Both the position numbers and the translations under genes were made by a program. DNA of 62,129 nucleotides, filler included. It is 11 parts of 11 records of this genome, joined end to end, with 100 filler letters (N's around TTAATTAATTAA, not from the genome) between each part and the next. Parts side by side here need not be neighbours in the genome. Positions count along the whole stretch, not along the records: positions 21,466 to 28,279 come from SRR7504441_4879; positions 28,380 to 32,949 come from SRR7504441_4885; 9 more parts are not named here. The stretch is one strand, 5' to 3'. The notes beneath the pieces were generated by a model. That model was given only the letters and a program-made list of their open reading frames with translations, searched no databases and was not told the origin of the DNA. Shown here piece after piece: positions 21,507 through 31,888 of the stretch (position 1 is its first letter; each line of letters begins with the position of its first letter).

Positions 21507-22769
21507 ATGGACGCGCTGCGGTCAGCGTGGGACAAAGCCAAGTCCCGTCTGCGAGGCAGCAGCGGAGAGTCAGCGCTGGAACCAGCAGGAGCCGCGGCGT
21601 TCGAAGCGTCGGCACCGGAGCTGGCGGGGGCACGTGGCTCGGCTGCAGCCCCCGACGCGTGGGGCGATAGTGCGCTCTGGGTGCTCTACAACCCAGGCTC
21701 AGGCGGGGTGAGCAAAGGGCTGCCCGGTGTGCTCGATCAGATTGCCGGACGGATCCGCCAGCTAACAGTGCTCTCAATGACTCACCCGGCCCTCCAGGCG
21801 GAGCTGGCCGAGCTGACTGCCGACCCGACTGCTCGGGTGCTTGTCATCGGCGGGGACGGCACGGTAGCCTGGGCGCTCGGCATGCTCCAGGCTCACGAGG
21901 ACCTGGCCAGCCCGGCCAGCGACTCGCCCACGGACACGGAGGTGCCGATCTGCCGTCTGGGCCCGGCGGTGGCGGTTTGTCCAGGGGGGACCGGGAACGA
22001 TTTGTCTCGGGTGCTCGGCTGGGGAAGCCAGGTGAAGGATTGGGGGCTGGAGGCAATGACTGACAGGCTGCGGCGGGTCGCTCTGGCGGACACAGTGCTG
22101 GTGGACCAGTGGCGGCTATCTCAGTACCCGTTCGGCGTGGGCGAGCCGGAGCTTGTGTTTACCAACTACCTGTCCATAGGGGTGGACGCGGCAATAGCGC
22201 TGGACTTCCATCAGGGCCGACGGGACCGACACGGCTCGCAAGTGATAGAGAACAAGATCAAGTACCTGGCGGCCTCGGTCAGCACAGCGCTCGACAAGGC
22301 CGGCACGCACGACCTGTCTGGCGAGCTGTGTGTATGGTGTGACGAGGTGCAAGTGGAGCTAGGTGGGCTGGTGGCGGTGGTGATGCTCAATATTGCCAGT
22401 TACGGGGCTGGCGCAGATCTGTGGGGGCGCGCCGTGCCGCAGGCCCAGTTCACGCATCAGTCGGCCAGCGACGGGGTGCTTGAGCTGTTTGGGTTCGAGA
22501 GCCTAACACAGCTGGGGCTGGCTCAACTGGGCCAGAGCACAGGGAGACAGCTGGCGCAGGGGACAAACTTCCGTTTGGAGAGCCGCGCATCGTTGGCTTG
22601 GCAGGCGGATGGCGAGCCGTGGGTGCAGCGGGAGTGCGCAGCGGAGGTGACGATGTTGCCACCAGCCAGGATGCTGTCGGGTCATGCTCCTACGGGGAAG
22701 CCGGCGGTGCGAGAGATCCCGGGCCGATTCGGACAGCCTGAAGAGGGGGCCGGATGCAAGCAACAATAA
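21507..22769 (+). CDS. Diacylglycerol kinase (catalytic + accessory domains only)
   Basis: YNPGSGG, VLVIGGDGTVAW, PGGTGNDLSRVLGWG, FTNYLSIGVDAAIALDFH, NKIKY, LNIASYGAG, DGVLELFG, WQADGEPW; ends CKQQ. Confidence 0.93.
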   Translation: MDALRSAWDKAKSRLRGSSGESALEPAGAAAFEASAPELAGARGSAAAPDAWGDSALWVLYNPGSGGVSKGLPGVLDQIAGRIRQLTVLSMTHPALQAELAELTADPTARVLVIGGDGTVAWALGMLQAHEDLASPASDSPTDTEVPICRLGPAVAVCPGGTGNDLSRVLGWGSQVKDWGLEAMTDRLRRVALADTVLVDQWRLSQYPFGVGEPELVFTNYLSIGVDAAIALDFHQGRRDRHGSQVIENKIKYLAASVSTALDKAGTHDLSGELCVWCDEVQVELGGLVAVVMLNIASYGAGADLWGRAVPQAQFTHQSASDGVLELFGFESLTQLGLAQLGQSTGRQLAQGTNFRLESRASLAWQADGEPWVQRECAAEVTMLPPARMLSGHAPTGKPAVREIPGRFGQPEEGAGCKQQ

Positions 22770-22924
22770 GAGTACACATCGCGCGGGAGGGCGCATAATT
22801 ATGTCTGTTTGATCACTTGACTACTTGCTTGACTAACTTATTAACCACCATCATGTCAACTAACTACTTGTGATACTACACCCCTCTAACTTAACTCTCA
22901 CTTATGGTGACGATTTATTACTAA

Positions 22925-25084
22925 TTAATGCCACCGTTGCATCACACGCTGCGCGAGCTCGGAGCCAAAGTAATCTAAAACTTCGTCAGACAGTGCCCGC
23001 CCTAGACTTTGCGCACAGGCTTCTCGCAACGAGCTACATCCAGCATTGTTGTTACCACTATTGGCTGCAGTGCCAATGCGGGCTAATGCCAGGACACAAT
23101 CGCATCTCAAGATATCATCACTCTCTTCTCGATGCAGCAAATGCTCCACCGCTCGCACCGCTGCCCAGGCATGTGACTGGTCATACAGTGATCCAGCTTT
23201 TGGGAATCGCCGACTCAGAACGATCCCTAGCGCAGTGACAATAGACGACTCGACATAAGCTCCTGGAGCACGAGCGAGGGCGGCAACTAGCGACAGGCAA
23301 ACGATCCGGGCCGCATCCTCTGTTTGGCCGCCTGGTGGCAGGCTGGTGGCCAGAACGGCCATGCCAGCTGCAGCGACTGCAGCTATGCTGAGGCAGCCAG
23401 TTGGAGCAGAGAGTGGGTGGTCATCACATTCATCCAAGCTGGCAGCAGGCGCGGAGAGCAGGTGTGCTAGTGCATTAGCTGCCTCACTGGGAGCGTTGCG
23501 CGCCAATTGAACAATCAGGAGGACCAGCAGACGTAATCTGGTCGCCTTTGGTAGAAGCGCCGTATTGGGATCAAGGCTTGGTCCGAGGCACGCGTGCCTG
23601 ATAGCGGTGCAGATGGCAGCCTTTGACTCCTGTTTGATCTGCTCTAGTTTGTCAGTTGAGTTCTGCTTTGCACAGTCGCCTGGACTACATATTCTGGCAA
23701 GCATCTCAGCTTCCTTGTCTATCTCTGCAATGCTCTGATCTAGCCCGTGGCTGCTTAGACCCAACGTATCATCGCACATGCTGCCATCAACTTGCAGCCA
23801 GTACTTGAAGCTGTCAAATTGGACTTGCACCTCGTGCCACTGCCCATCATGCACAGGCACGTCGCTCGTAATGCAGCCCACCCACCCGATGTCAAAGCAC
23901 ACCCTGCCATCCCGAATAAAGCACATCTTGCCCTGCCCTGCCTCGCCGCCATCCACCCAGCCACCATCGGGCATGCTCTTGGAAAATATGCACCCATCTG
24001 CCTCTCCAGTCCTGAACCTTGTGCTAACACTAAACGGGCCGTGCCGGCCCGAAAGGTCCGCAGGGATGGGCTCGCCTGATCCCAGCAAGCAGAACTGCGG
24101 TGTCGTCATCTCGCCAACCAGGTCAGGAGCCATCCCCTGCACACCCAGCCCACACCGGAGCACACCCACGTCCGAAATCAGCGCGCCATTTGTCCCCTGG
24201 GCCGGGGCAAACAGCTCATCTGGGATTCGCCCGAGCTCACCTATCTGAAACGGTCCCGCCGGTTCAGCGCACAGCCACCGCCAGAGCTGACGACACACCG
24301 GTACGAGCCTGGTTCTCGTCTGCGCACTCGCGTACCCGGTGCAATCAGTTGCGTCTTCTGGCGGCGGCGCCCGCCAGCTCGCACTGGTGTGCTGCCAGCT
24401 GGCAGAATCGGGCGCCTGTAGCCTGATAAAATTGTACTTAATCATAAACCGGACTCGATCCGCATTGTTGGCGAGCCCTCGGTGCACAAGGTTATAGTGA
24501 CACAGCACGACAGCCCCGGCCTGCTCCGTACACAGCCTGTGCTCCCACGGCGCCCAGGTCTGACTGTATCCATCGTCTGCGGCCCGGCCCGGCTGGGCAG
24601 CGCCAGTCAGGTGCGATCCCGGGAGCACCGCAGTCGGGCCCATGTCTAAGGTAGTAACCCGCGGGTAGTAGAAAGCGATCAGCATCCAGGGCTGCCCGAG
24701 CCCGCTGTTCCAGTGCGAGACCCCCACTGTATCGTCCCTGTGGAACTGCTGCCCGCCGCCCGACGGCCAGCGGTCGTGCAGGTGCCGGTGCGCGTGCATC
24801 AGGTAGTCGCGCCCGAGCAGCGATTGGAGCGCCCCGCGCACCGACGGCTGGTTGAACACCTCGGCTAGCTCCGGGATCTGCTCGTGCACCTCGTCGTCCG
24901 GGTTGGCCGCGCCCGGGTGGGGCAGTAGCGCGTCGGCTCGCGCGGCGATGCTCTGGTGCGGGTGGGGCGAGCTGGGCAGAACCAGGTAGCCCTCCTGGAC
25001 GAACCGCTGCACCTGGTCATCTGTCAGCAGCACCTCCCGCATCTCTGCCTCCGGCGTCGCCAGAGCTCTGCTTCTCGTCTGCAT
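22925..25084 (-). CDS. Phytanoyl-CoA dioxygenase (PhyH) family Fe/2OG oxygenase + LamG-like insert + HEAT-like C-terminus
   Basis: LLTDDQVQRFVQEGYL, VRGALQSLLG.DY.MHAHRHLH, QQFHRD (HxD), FYYP..TLDMGPTAVLPGSH, HYNLVHRG, RFMIKYNFIR; LamG-like FIRDGRVCFDIGWVG..VHDGQWHEV..LQVDG. First ATG 25084 (track start is TTG). Confidence 0.85.
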   Translation of the reverse strand: MQTRSRALATPEAEMREVLLTDDQVQRFVQEGYLVLPSSPHPHQSIAARADALLPHPGAANPDDEVHEQIPELAEVFNQPSVRGALQSLLGRDYLMHAHRHLHDRWPSGGGQQFHRDDTVGVSHWNSGLGQPWMLIAFYYPRVTTLDMGPTAVLPGSHLTGAAQPGRAADDGYSQTWAPWEHRLCTEQAGAVVLCHYNLVHRGLANNADRVRFMIKYNFIRLQAPDSASWQHTSASWRAPPPEDATDCTGYASAQTRTRLVPVCRQLWRWLCAEPAGPFQIGELGRIPDELFAPAQGTNGALISDVGVLRCGLGVQGMAPDLVGEMTTPQFCLLGSGEPIPADLSGRHGPFSVSTRFRTGEADGCIFSKSMPDGGWVDGGEAGQGKMCFIRDGRVCFDIGWVGCITSDVPVHDGQWHEVQVQFDSFKYWLQVDGSMCDDTLGLSSHGLDQSIAEIDKEAEMLARICSPGDCAKQNSTDKLEQIKQESKAAICTAIRHACLGPSLDPNTALLPKATRLRLLVLLIVQLARNAPSEAANALAHLLSAPAASLDECDDHPLSAPTGCLSIAAVAAAGMAVLATSLPPGGQTEDAARIVCLSLVAALARAPGAYVESSIVTALGIVLSRRFPKAGSLYDQSHAWAAVRAVEHLLHREESDDILRCDCVLALARIGTAANSGNNNAGCSSLREACAQSLGRALSDEVLDYFGSELAQRVMQRWH

Positions 25085-25242
25085 CTTCGGGCGCTGTGGC
25101 ACGGAGGCCGCCGCGCCTGCGCAGACGGCCTCAAAGTCAGCAGTGGCCCCGGCACCGGCACTGAGGATTGTTACGGCTAAAGCCAGGTTTGGGCGGGCCA
25201 GGTTAACTTTTACCAAGGACTCGCACCGGTGCCCCGATCGGC

Positions 25243-26067
25243 ATGATCATCCGCGAGGAGGCTGTGGACCTGCCCACCCCGACAGGCCCGATGCGCACCT
25301 TCCTGTTCCTCCCGACCTGCGCCGAGCAGTGCGGCCTAAAGCTAGGTGGGGTCATCGTCCACAGCGAGATCTATCAAGTTACAGGCCCACTCCAGCGGCT
25401 CTGCCGGCAAATTGCCGCCGAGGGCTACTTAGTGGCCATCGGCGAGTGCTACCACGAGCTGGAGCCACCCGGCACCGCGCTGCCGTACGACGCTGAAGGA
25501 ACTGACCGCGGCAACCGGCACAAGCTCGCAAAGGCCATCGGGGCGTTCGACTCGGACAACCGTGCGCTGGTCGAACTGCTGCTGTCGCGGCCGGAGTGCA
25601 ACGGCCGGCTGGCCACTGTAGGGATGTGCCTTGGCGGACACCTGGCGCTGCGGTGCGCGTTCCTGCCGGAGGTGCTGGTTGGAGTTTGCCTGTTTGCCAC
25701 CGACGTGCATAAGGGCAGCCTGGGCAGCGACGGGGACGACTCTCTGGCCCAGATTCAGGCCGGGGCGCTGGGGCCGCCGACCGAGACGATCTTTGTGTTT
25801 GGCAAGCAGGACAACCACGTGCCTCCCGAGGGGCGCCAACTCATCTACAACGCACTGGTAAGAGGCGAGGCCGACTTCGCGTGGCTCGAATTGAATGCGC
25901 AGCACGCTTTCGTGCGCGACGAGCTCAGTAAGGGCCGCTATGATCCAAGTTTGAGCGGAATTGCGTACTCGGCGATGTTCGAGGCGTTGAAGCGGAGGGT
26001 GATGTTAGGGGCCTGCTCGTCGGCGGAGGTCACACCGCAAAAGATTGCCGCTGGGCCGAGCTGCTAG
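25243..26067 (+). CDS. Dienelactone hydrolase (carboxymethylenebutenolidase) family
   Basis: SEIYQVTGP, GMCLGGHLA (Cys nucleophile), FGKQDNHVP (Asp), NAQHAFVRDELSKGRYDP (His); intronless. Confidence 0.93.
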   Translation: MIIREEAVDLPTPTGPMRTFLFLPTCAEQCGLKLGGVIVHSEIYQVTGPLQRLCRQIAAEGYLVAIGECYHELEPPGTALPYDAEGTDRGNRHKLAKAIGAFDSDNRALVELLLSRPECNGRLATVGMCLGGHLALRCAFLPEVLVGVCLFATDVHKGSLGSDGDDSLAQIQAGALGPPTETIFVFGKQDNHVPPEGRQLIYNALVRGEADFAWLELNAQHAFVRDELSKGRYDPSLSGIAYSAMFEALKRRVMLGACSSAEVTPQKIAAGPSC

Positions 26068-26286
26068 ATCGATCCCTTACATGTATGCTAATGAACAGAC
26101 CGGTCGATACATAAATCCCAAGAACATTAACCGTGTAACGACGGTTTACGACGTACATGTACACGTGTACGCATTATGTATGCATAATGATTGTCACAAT
26201 TATCTCAATCGGTACTCAATCGGTACGTACGAGTACGTACTCAATCGGTGTACGAGTGCCCAGACGCTAGCTAGATGCACTAAGTG

Positions 26287-28279
26287 CTAGAAATCGTCCT
26301 GGCCGCTGCGCATTACCTTGAGCGCCAGCTTGGTTTTGGCCTTGAGCAACTCCGGGTCCACCTGCCCCCAGCTCGGCCGCTGCCTCTCCGCCCCGCACCC
26401 CGCACTGAACCGCCAGTTTCCGCTGACCGAGCTGCTCCAAACACTCGCGACAGCCGAGCAGCGTCGGCTCCAGCTCCCTGCTCGCCAGTTGATTATACTA
26501 TTATCAGCAACTCGCACCTATTGCCCCTCAGGGCCCGGAATGGCCGGGCGTGCTCGTCGCAGTCACAAGCCACGTGTGCCAGGCAAAAGTTTAGAAACAG
26601 GCGGGTGCGATCAGACAGCTCGCCGAATGAAATCACCTGGCAGTGCTGGTCAGCAGCCACGTGCGCACAGACCACGCACCTTGAGCACAGACAGGGAGAG
26701 CCGGGCCTTATTGACTAGAAAGGCGAGCAGCCGAGCGCAGTTTGTGATCTCAACCACCGGGTGAGAGTCGAGTTTCTGCCACCCGGCTGAGCGAGAGCTA
26801 ACTTGTGCTTCGGTGCCTTGAGGACGTCCCAGAATGCTAGCTGGAACGTAAAGCTGTCCGATCGCGAGTTTGAGCACCTAGTAGACAAGGCGTTCAGCCC
26901 GTGCAATCTACGAGGGGGGGCACATCCAGTCAGCCAGCGCCGCGTAGTAAAGGTTGAAGCTGCGCTCCTTCATGCAGCAGAGCAGCACGATCCGTGGTGG
27001 CTCGCGTTGCTGCGCGCCTGCCAAGATTGCTCGGGGCACCCACCGACAGCGTGACACCTTTAAGGCCGAGCTTATTCACCTTTTCATACGCGTCCATATA
27101 GTCCTGCGCCTCCCATAAGCCAGGCCTCAGCCCCGCACACCTCAGCGGTGAAAATTAGATTGAACACGGCTCTCTTGACATCATTATTCATTCGATACTT
27201 GCTCGCTAGCTTGATAATCCTCGGATCGAGCCCGGCTTGCTCACCCAGCGCCTTAGCCACGCCTTGCAGTGAGACTGACTGCAGCTGCTTCTGAGGGATG
27301 TGAATCCACCAGCGCGGCATACCGCTCAAAACCTGCTCGCGTGTAACGTCCAGCTGGCCCTCGGCCTTCCTCGGTGCACGCTTCTTGATGTTGCCCAGAG
27401 CGTTCTCGAGCAGCGTATATCGATCGCCTACGAATATGGAAGCTGTCTGCTTGAGCCGTTTGTTGTTCTTGAGGTCAGCAATCATTTCAAGCAGATAGTG
27501 CGCCCGGCCGCTCTTAGCTTCCCCGACTTGGCCCTCGGAAGCCTTGGACTTGACCAGTTGGATCAAACTCTTGAGTGCGACCGGGTCATCTTTCCGGAGC
27601 TGCGGCCCAATATTCTGGAGCAGCAGCAGCACTTGCGCGATGCACTCTTCGTCAAACTTCTCGCACAGCCACAGGACCATCCCATACACCAGCCCACACC
27701 CAACCATGCGCAGATTGTACAGGTGCGCTAACAACAGAAGACTGTTCTGGGCACGCTTCCATTGCTGCTTCTCAAGATCCTCGGCGTGCGCTCGGAGCAC
27801 AGCTTCAAGGAATACAGCAGTCACCTGCACCTGCGCTTAACCGGCCGTGAATGCATTGGCCGCGCACCTGGATGCCCACGTGGCAGTGCAGCGAGGCCAC
27901 AACAAATGAGAAAAGCGCCGACAGGTCGACAAGCAGCCTCCCGTTGTCCAGGCAGGCCTCCAGAGTGGCGTGGGCCAGCGCTTCGGAACTCTGCTGGGTC
28001 GAGTTATCCTCGAATGTGCTGATGATTGACTTGATCGAGGCTTCAAAGTTGTCATGCGAGAGTCTATTCAAGTGCCGCCGCATCGCCTTCAGCAACAGAG
28101 GGTCTACGACCGCCCTCTTGTGGGTCGCAGCGCTCACAGTTCGATCGCTAGTCTGGACAGGGCGGACGAATTTACCATCCAGCCCGGCAGGCTGCCGCAC
28201 CCACTGACCTGACTGCCCATCGTCGTCTTCCACGTCCTCATCTTCCTCCTCGTCGCCCTCCTCTTCGTCGCCCTCCTCT
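26287..28279 (-). CDS. NOM1: Nucleolar MIF4G + MA3 domain protein (NOM1/Sgd1), 5' truncated; ~8 introns
   Basis: LNRLSHDNF, LLAHLYNLRMV, LLQNIGPQLRKDDPVALK, RAHYLLEMIADLKNNK, RWW, LASKYRMNNDVKRAVF..|DYMDAYEK, CCMKERSFNLYYA, FTFQLAFWD, LSLSVLK. Confidence 0.92.
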
Positions 28280-28379
28280 NNNNNNNNNNNNNNNNNNNNN
28301 NNNNNNNNNNNNNNNNNNNNNNNTTAATTAATTAANNNNNNNNNNNNNNNNNNNNNNNNNNNNNNNNNNNNNNNNNNNN
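28280..28379. other. Artificial contig-joining spacer
   Basis: N44-TTAATTAATTAA-N44. Confidence 0.99.
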
Positions 28380-29111
28380 CTCGGCCACCGTCGCCTCCGC
28401 GGCCGCCAGATCCGCACGCAGCCCGGCCAGCTCGGCTGCAGCTGTCTCACGCAGCCCCGCCAAGTCTTGCTCAAACGAGCCAACGGTGAGGCTGTGCTCG
28501 GCCGCCCACTCCTCGGCGCACTGGCGCGTCGCCCGCTCACTCTCCCGGGCTGCAACCAGCTCAGACCGCAAACTGTCCGCCTGGGCGTTCAGCCCCGCCA
28601 GCTGCTCGCTGTGCTGCCTCGCCGCCTCAGCCGCGCTGCGCTCGGCTTGCTCAAGAGATCGCTTGCACCTAGCCACCAGCTGCTCCCCCTCGGCCGCCGC
28701 TGTCTCCGCCGCTGCCTTCTCGGCCGCCATCGCGTGCAGCTGTCGCTCGGCAGCGCCAAGCCGTTCGCTCACGGCCGGATCGGCTCGTCGGCCGCCGGTG
28801 CGGGCTTGCTGGCGCGCCTCCAGCAGCGCGAGCTGCCGCTGAAGCACCTCCTCGCACAAGACCAGCTTGTCCGCCTCCATTGCCCGCATGGTCTCGGTTG
28901 TGCCCCGCAGCCGACTCTCGAGCCTGCCGAGCTGCCTGGTGAGCTCCTCGGCCTGCCCCTGGTAGGCCCGGCGCTCCGCCTCCTGGTGCTCCACCCGGCG
29001 CTCCCGCCGGACGCACTCACCGCGCCCCGCTGGCACCGCCGCGGCCGAGCTGGCCGCCGGCAGCGCCCCGAACGGATCGAAACCTGCTCGACCGCCGGCT
29101 CCCACCACCAT
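28380..29111 (-). CDS. Coiled-coil protein, 3' truncated
   Basis: E/A/R/L-rich heptad pattern open to contig end; divergent from 29165. Confidence 0.6.
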
Positions 29112-29164
29112 GTGTAAAAGAACAAATCAAATCAAAAAAGTGGCGGCCAGTCCGGGCGACGCTG

Positions 29165-29719
29165 ATGAGTGCAGCGGCGCTGTGGCAGAGGACGGCGCAA
29201 GGCTACGGGCAATTCAAGCGGTCGGTGGTGTGGCTGGTCAAGCAGGCCGACTCGCACCTGTGCGACCTGGACCGGAAGATTGAGAAGCGCATCCTTGCCC
29301 GGGCCGCCGCCCGAGCCGAGGGCAACTACGAGCAGATCAGCCAGGAGCAGAGCCGGCTGGGCGAGCTGTGCGTCGAGCACAAGGCCCGGCTCGACTCGAT
29401 GCTCTTCTTCTGGGTCCTCGGCGGCGCGATATCCGTCACCGGCTGGGCCAGCGCCGCCGCCTCGAGGGCTGATATCAGCTCGGCTGCCGCCGAGCCGCCG
29501 AACTGGGCCAGCATAGAGCGACAGAAGATCGTTGAGGCAGTGCGGCAGGAGCTGCGGGGGGTGGCGCAGCCGCCGCGGGAGCCGCGGGTTGTGGTGCAGG
29601 CGCCGCCCGTAGAAGAGATGGCGCGGCTGGCAGAGTGGCAGCGCTGGACAGCGGCAGCGGCGGCGGTAGGGTGTGCAGCGAGTATAGCGGCACTGTGGGT
29701 AGCAGGCAAGAAGAGCTAG
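29165..29719 (+). CDS. Hypothetical membrane protein (two hydrophobic segments, C-terminal anchor)
   Basis: 184-aa ORF with coding-like GC3, MLFFWVLGGAISVTGWA and AAAAAVGCAASIAALWVAGKKS, followed by AT-rich 3' region. Confidence 0.6.
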   Translation: MSAAALWQRTAQGYGQFKRSVVWLVKQADSHLCDLDRKIEKRILARAAARAEGNYEQISQEQSRLGELCVEHKARLDSMLFFWVLGGAISVTGWASAAASRADISSAAAEPPNWASIERQKIVEAVRQELRGVAQPPREPRVVVQAPPVEEMARLAEWQRWTAAAAAVGCAASIAALWVAGKKS

Positions 29720-29954
29720 CGCCGGCAACCGACACAGTAAATCGTCTAAAACGAGTCGTGTTAGTCCGCGAAACGCCTCAATTGGCAGCAAGCTTAGCGC
29801 AAGCTGCTGCTGAGTTACTGCTTGGTACTCCGGCGGCGTACAATTCATGTAGTCTACGTACGGTACCGAAGCTAATGGCTTACATGAGCATGAATGCAGT
29901 AACCGAGTTTTATCGTGTCTTGTGTACATTAATCATACTACACAGAACTGTCAC

Positions 29955-31658
29955 TCAAACGTCCGCGTACTTGCGTGCTTCGGCGGCCAATCTGCCTATT
30001 ATTTGGGCTGGCTTCTCCACTATTTTCTCTCCGGATTCCCGGACCTGCAGCTCGAGCTCGCCGCTCTGGCTCCACGCCTTGCCCACGACCACCGTGAAAG
30101 GAAACCTGCCACCGTTCGCGCCGCGCACCCGGCCCCGGCTACCCCATCAGCGCCGACTCCTTGAGTTTGACCCCGCCCCTCTCGCTCCGATCGTCGATGA
30201 GCACCTCGCCAGCCAGCCCTGGCTCCGACTGGAGCTGGTCGTGGACCCATTCGGCCTGAGCCACCAGATCCGGGCTGCTGCTCATCGGCACCACCATCAC
30301 CCTGTAAGGACTCACGGCCCACGGCCAGATGAGCCCAGCCTCGTCGTGCTGCGCCTCCGCAATCGCAGCAATGATCCGCGACACCTGCCCAGCCCTGTTC
30401 GTCCCACCCGGCCCAGCGCGCACCCCCAGCCCGTAGCAGCCCATCTGCGCCGGCTGCGGCTCGGGAGAGTCGGCGGCGCTGAAGAGCGCCCCGGCGCAGC
30501 GAGAGTACTTGTCACCGAGCACGAAGCAGTGACCGACTTCTATCCCCCGCACCGCGCGCAGCACACCGCCCTCGCACTGGCTGCACTGGTCGCCCGCCCG
30601 TGCCTCGCGCAGGTCCAGCCCGCCCAGTCGGCCATCCAGCAGCACCTCCACTGATTCGTCCCTGGCCGCCTTGGTGCCCACTGGCTCCACCGCAGCCCCG
30701 AGGTGCTTCGCAAGCTTGAGCGGGTTAGCTTTATCGTCCGGGGCCAGTCCCACAGCCAGCCGCCGATCAGCCGCCCGGAAGAACTCCCACCGCACCTGCC
30801 CTACCGGTCGCCCGGATTGGCCGGGCTGCAGCACCGGGCTGTTGGATGAATCATTCAGAGGATTCGGCTCAGCTGGCGGCTCGACAGGCGCGCACCGGGC
30901 GGTGGCAAGCTCCTGGTTGGCGGCGTAGCTGCACGAGTCGCAGTGAATCAGCACGTCCTCGCCGGTGGCCTCCGACAGCACGTGGAACTCATGTGATTCG
31001 AGCCCTCCGATCAGACCAGTATCGGCCTCCACCCTCCGCCAGCCCAGCCCGATCGCATCGAGCACCCGGGCGTACGCTGCCAGCACCGCGGCGTAGCTCC
31101 GGCCGGCGCAGTCTAGGTCAGCGTGGAACGAATACATGTCCTTCATCACAAACTCTCGCGCGCGCAGCATCCCGAACCGCGGCCGGACCTGCCTGGCTGC
31201 TTGGCCCGGAGGGCGGGCGGCGTCACCTCGTCCCGGTACTTTGTGCCCACCTGGTAGAGCATCAGGGGCAGCTGCCGGTAGCTGGTGAGGTCAAGTCCGA
31301 TCAGCCCGGTGATGGACTCCTCGTGGGTGGGCGCTAGGCAGTGCCCGGCCCCGTGCCGGTCTTTCAGCTTGATCAGCTCCGGCCCGGCGGCCTCCCACCG
31401 ACCGGACTGCTCCCACAGCTGCTGGGGCAGCAGCGAGGGCAGCGCCAGCTTCTGCCCCCCGATCCGGGCCATCTCTCGGTCGATCAGCCCCTCCAGTTTC
31501 CCCAGGGCGCGCAGCCCGAGCGGCAGGATCCCAAAGTGCCCCGGCGAGCCCTTCCGGACCACACCCGCCCGAAGCAGCAGCCCGTGCCCCGGGGACCCGG
31601 CATCCGCCGGCGGCTGCCGCAGCGTGGGCGCGTACAGCCCCGACCGGAGCGCCCGCAT
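29955..31658 (-). CDS. PARS2: Prolyl-tRNA synthetase, bacterial/mitochondrial type; 3 introns
   Basis: LLLRAG, LPLGLRALGKL, LWEQSGRW, LAPTHEE, SYRQLPLMLYQVGTKYRDE|VRPRFGMLRAREFVMKDMYSF, SHEFHV, GIEVGHCF.LGDKYS, MGCYGLG|VSR, anticodon domain LIDDR..LMG|FPFTVVVGK; stop 29955-29957. Confidence 0.95.
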
Positions 31659-31888
31659 GAGTCGCTGACTTCAACGGCATCATGGCCAGCAGTGCTCCCT
31701 TCAGGGCTGGGTGAGCCCGCCCCCCCGGTCGAGCAGCTGCGCCTCGCCCCTCCCCTGCTCTAGCCGTACCCTGCGCTCAGCCGCGGGGACCTGCCCTGTC
31801 TGGTCGATGAGCGGTGCTGTGCAGGTGAGCCAGTCCGGGCGGCAGCGTAGCCAGTGGTGCTGCGCCAGTGCGGCGGGGCTGAGTGAGG

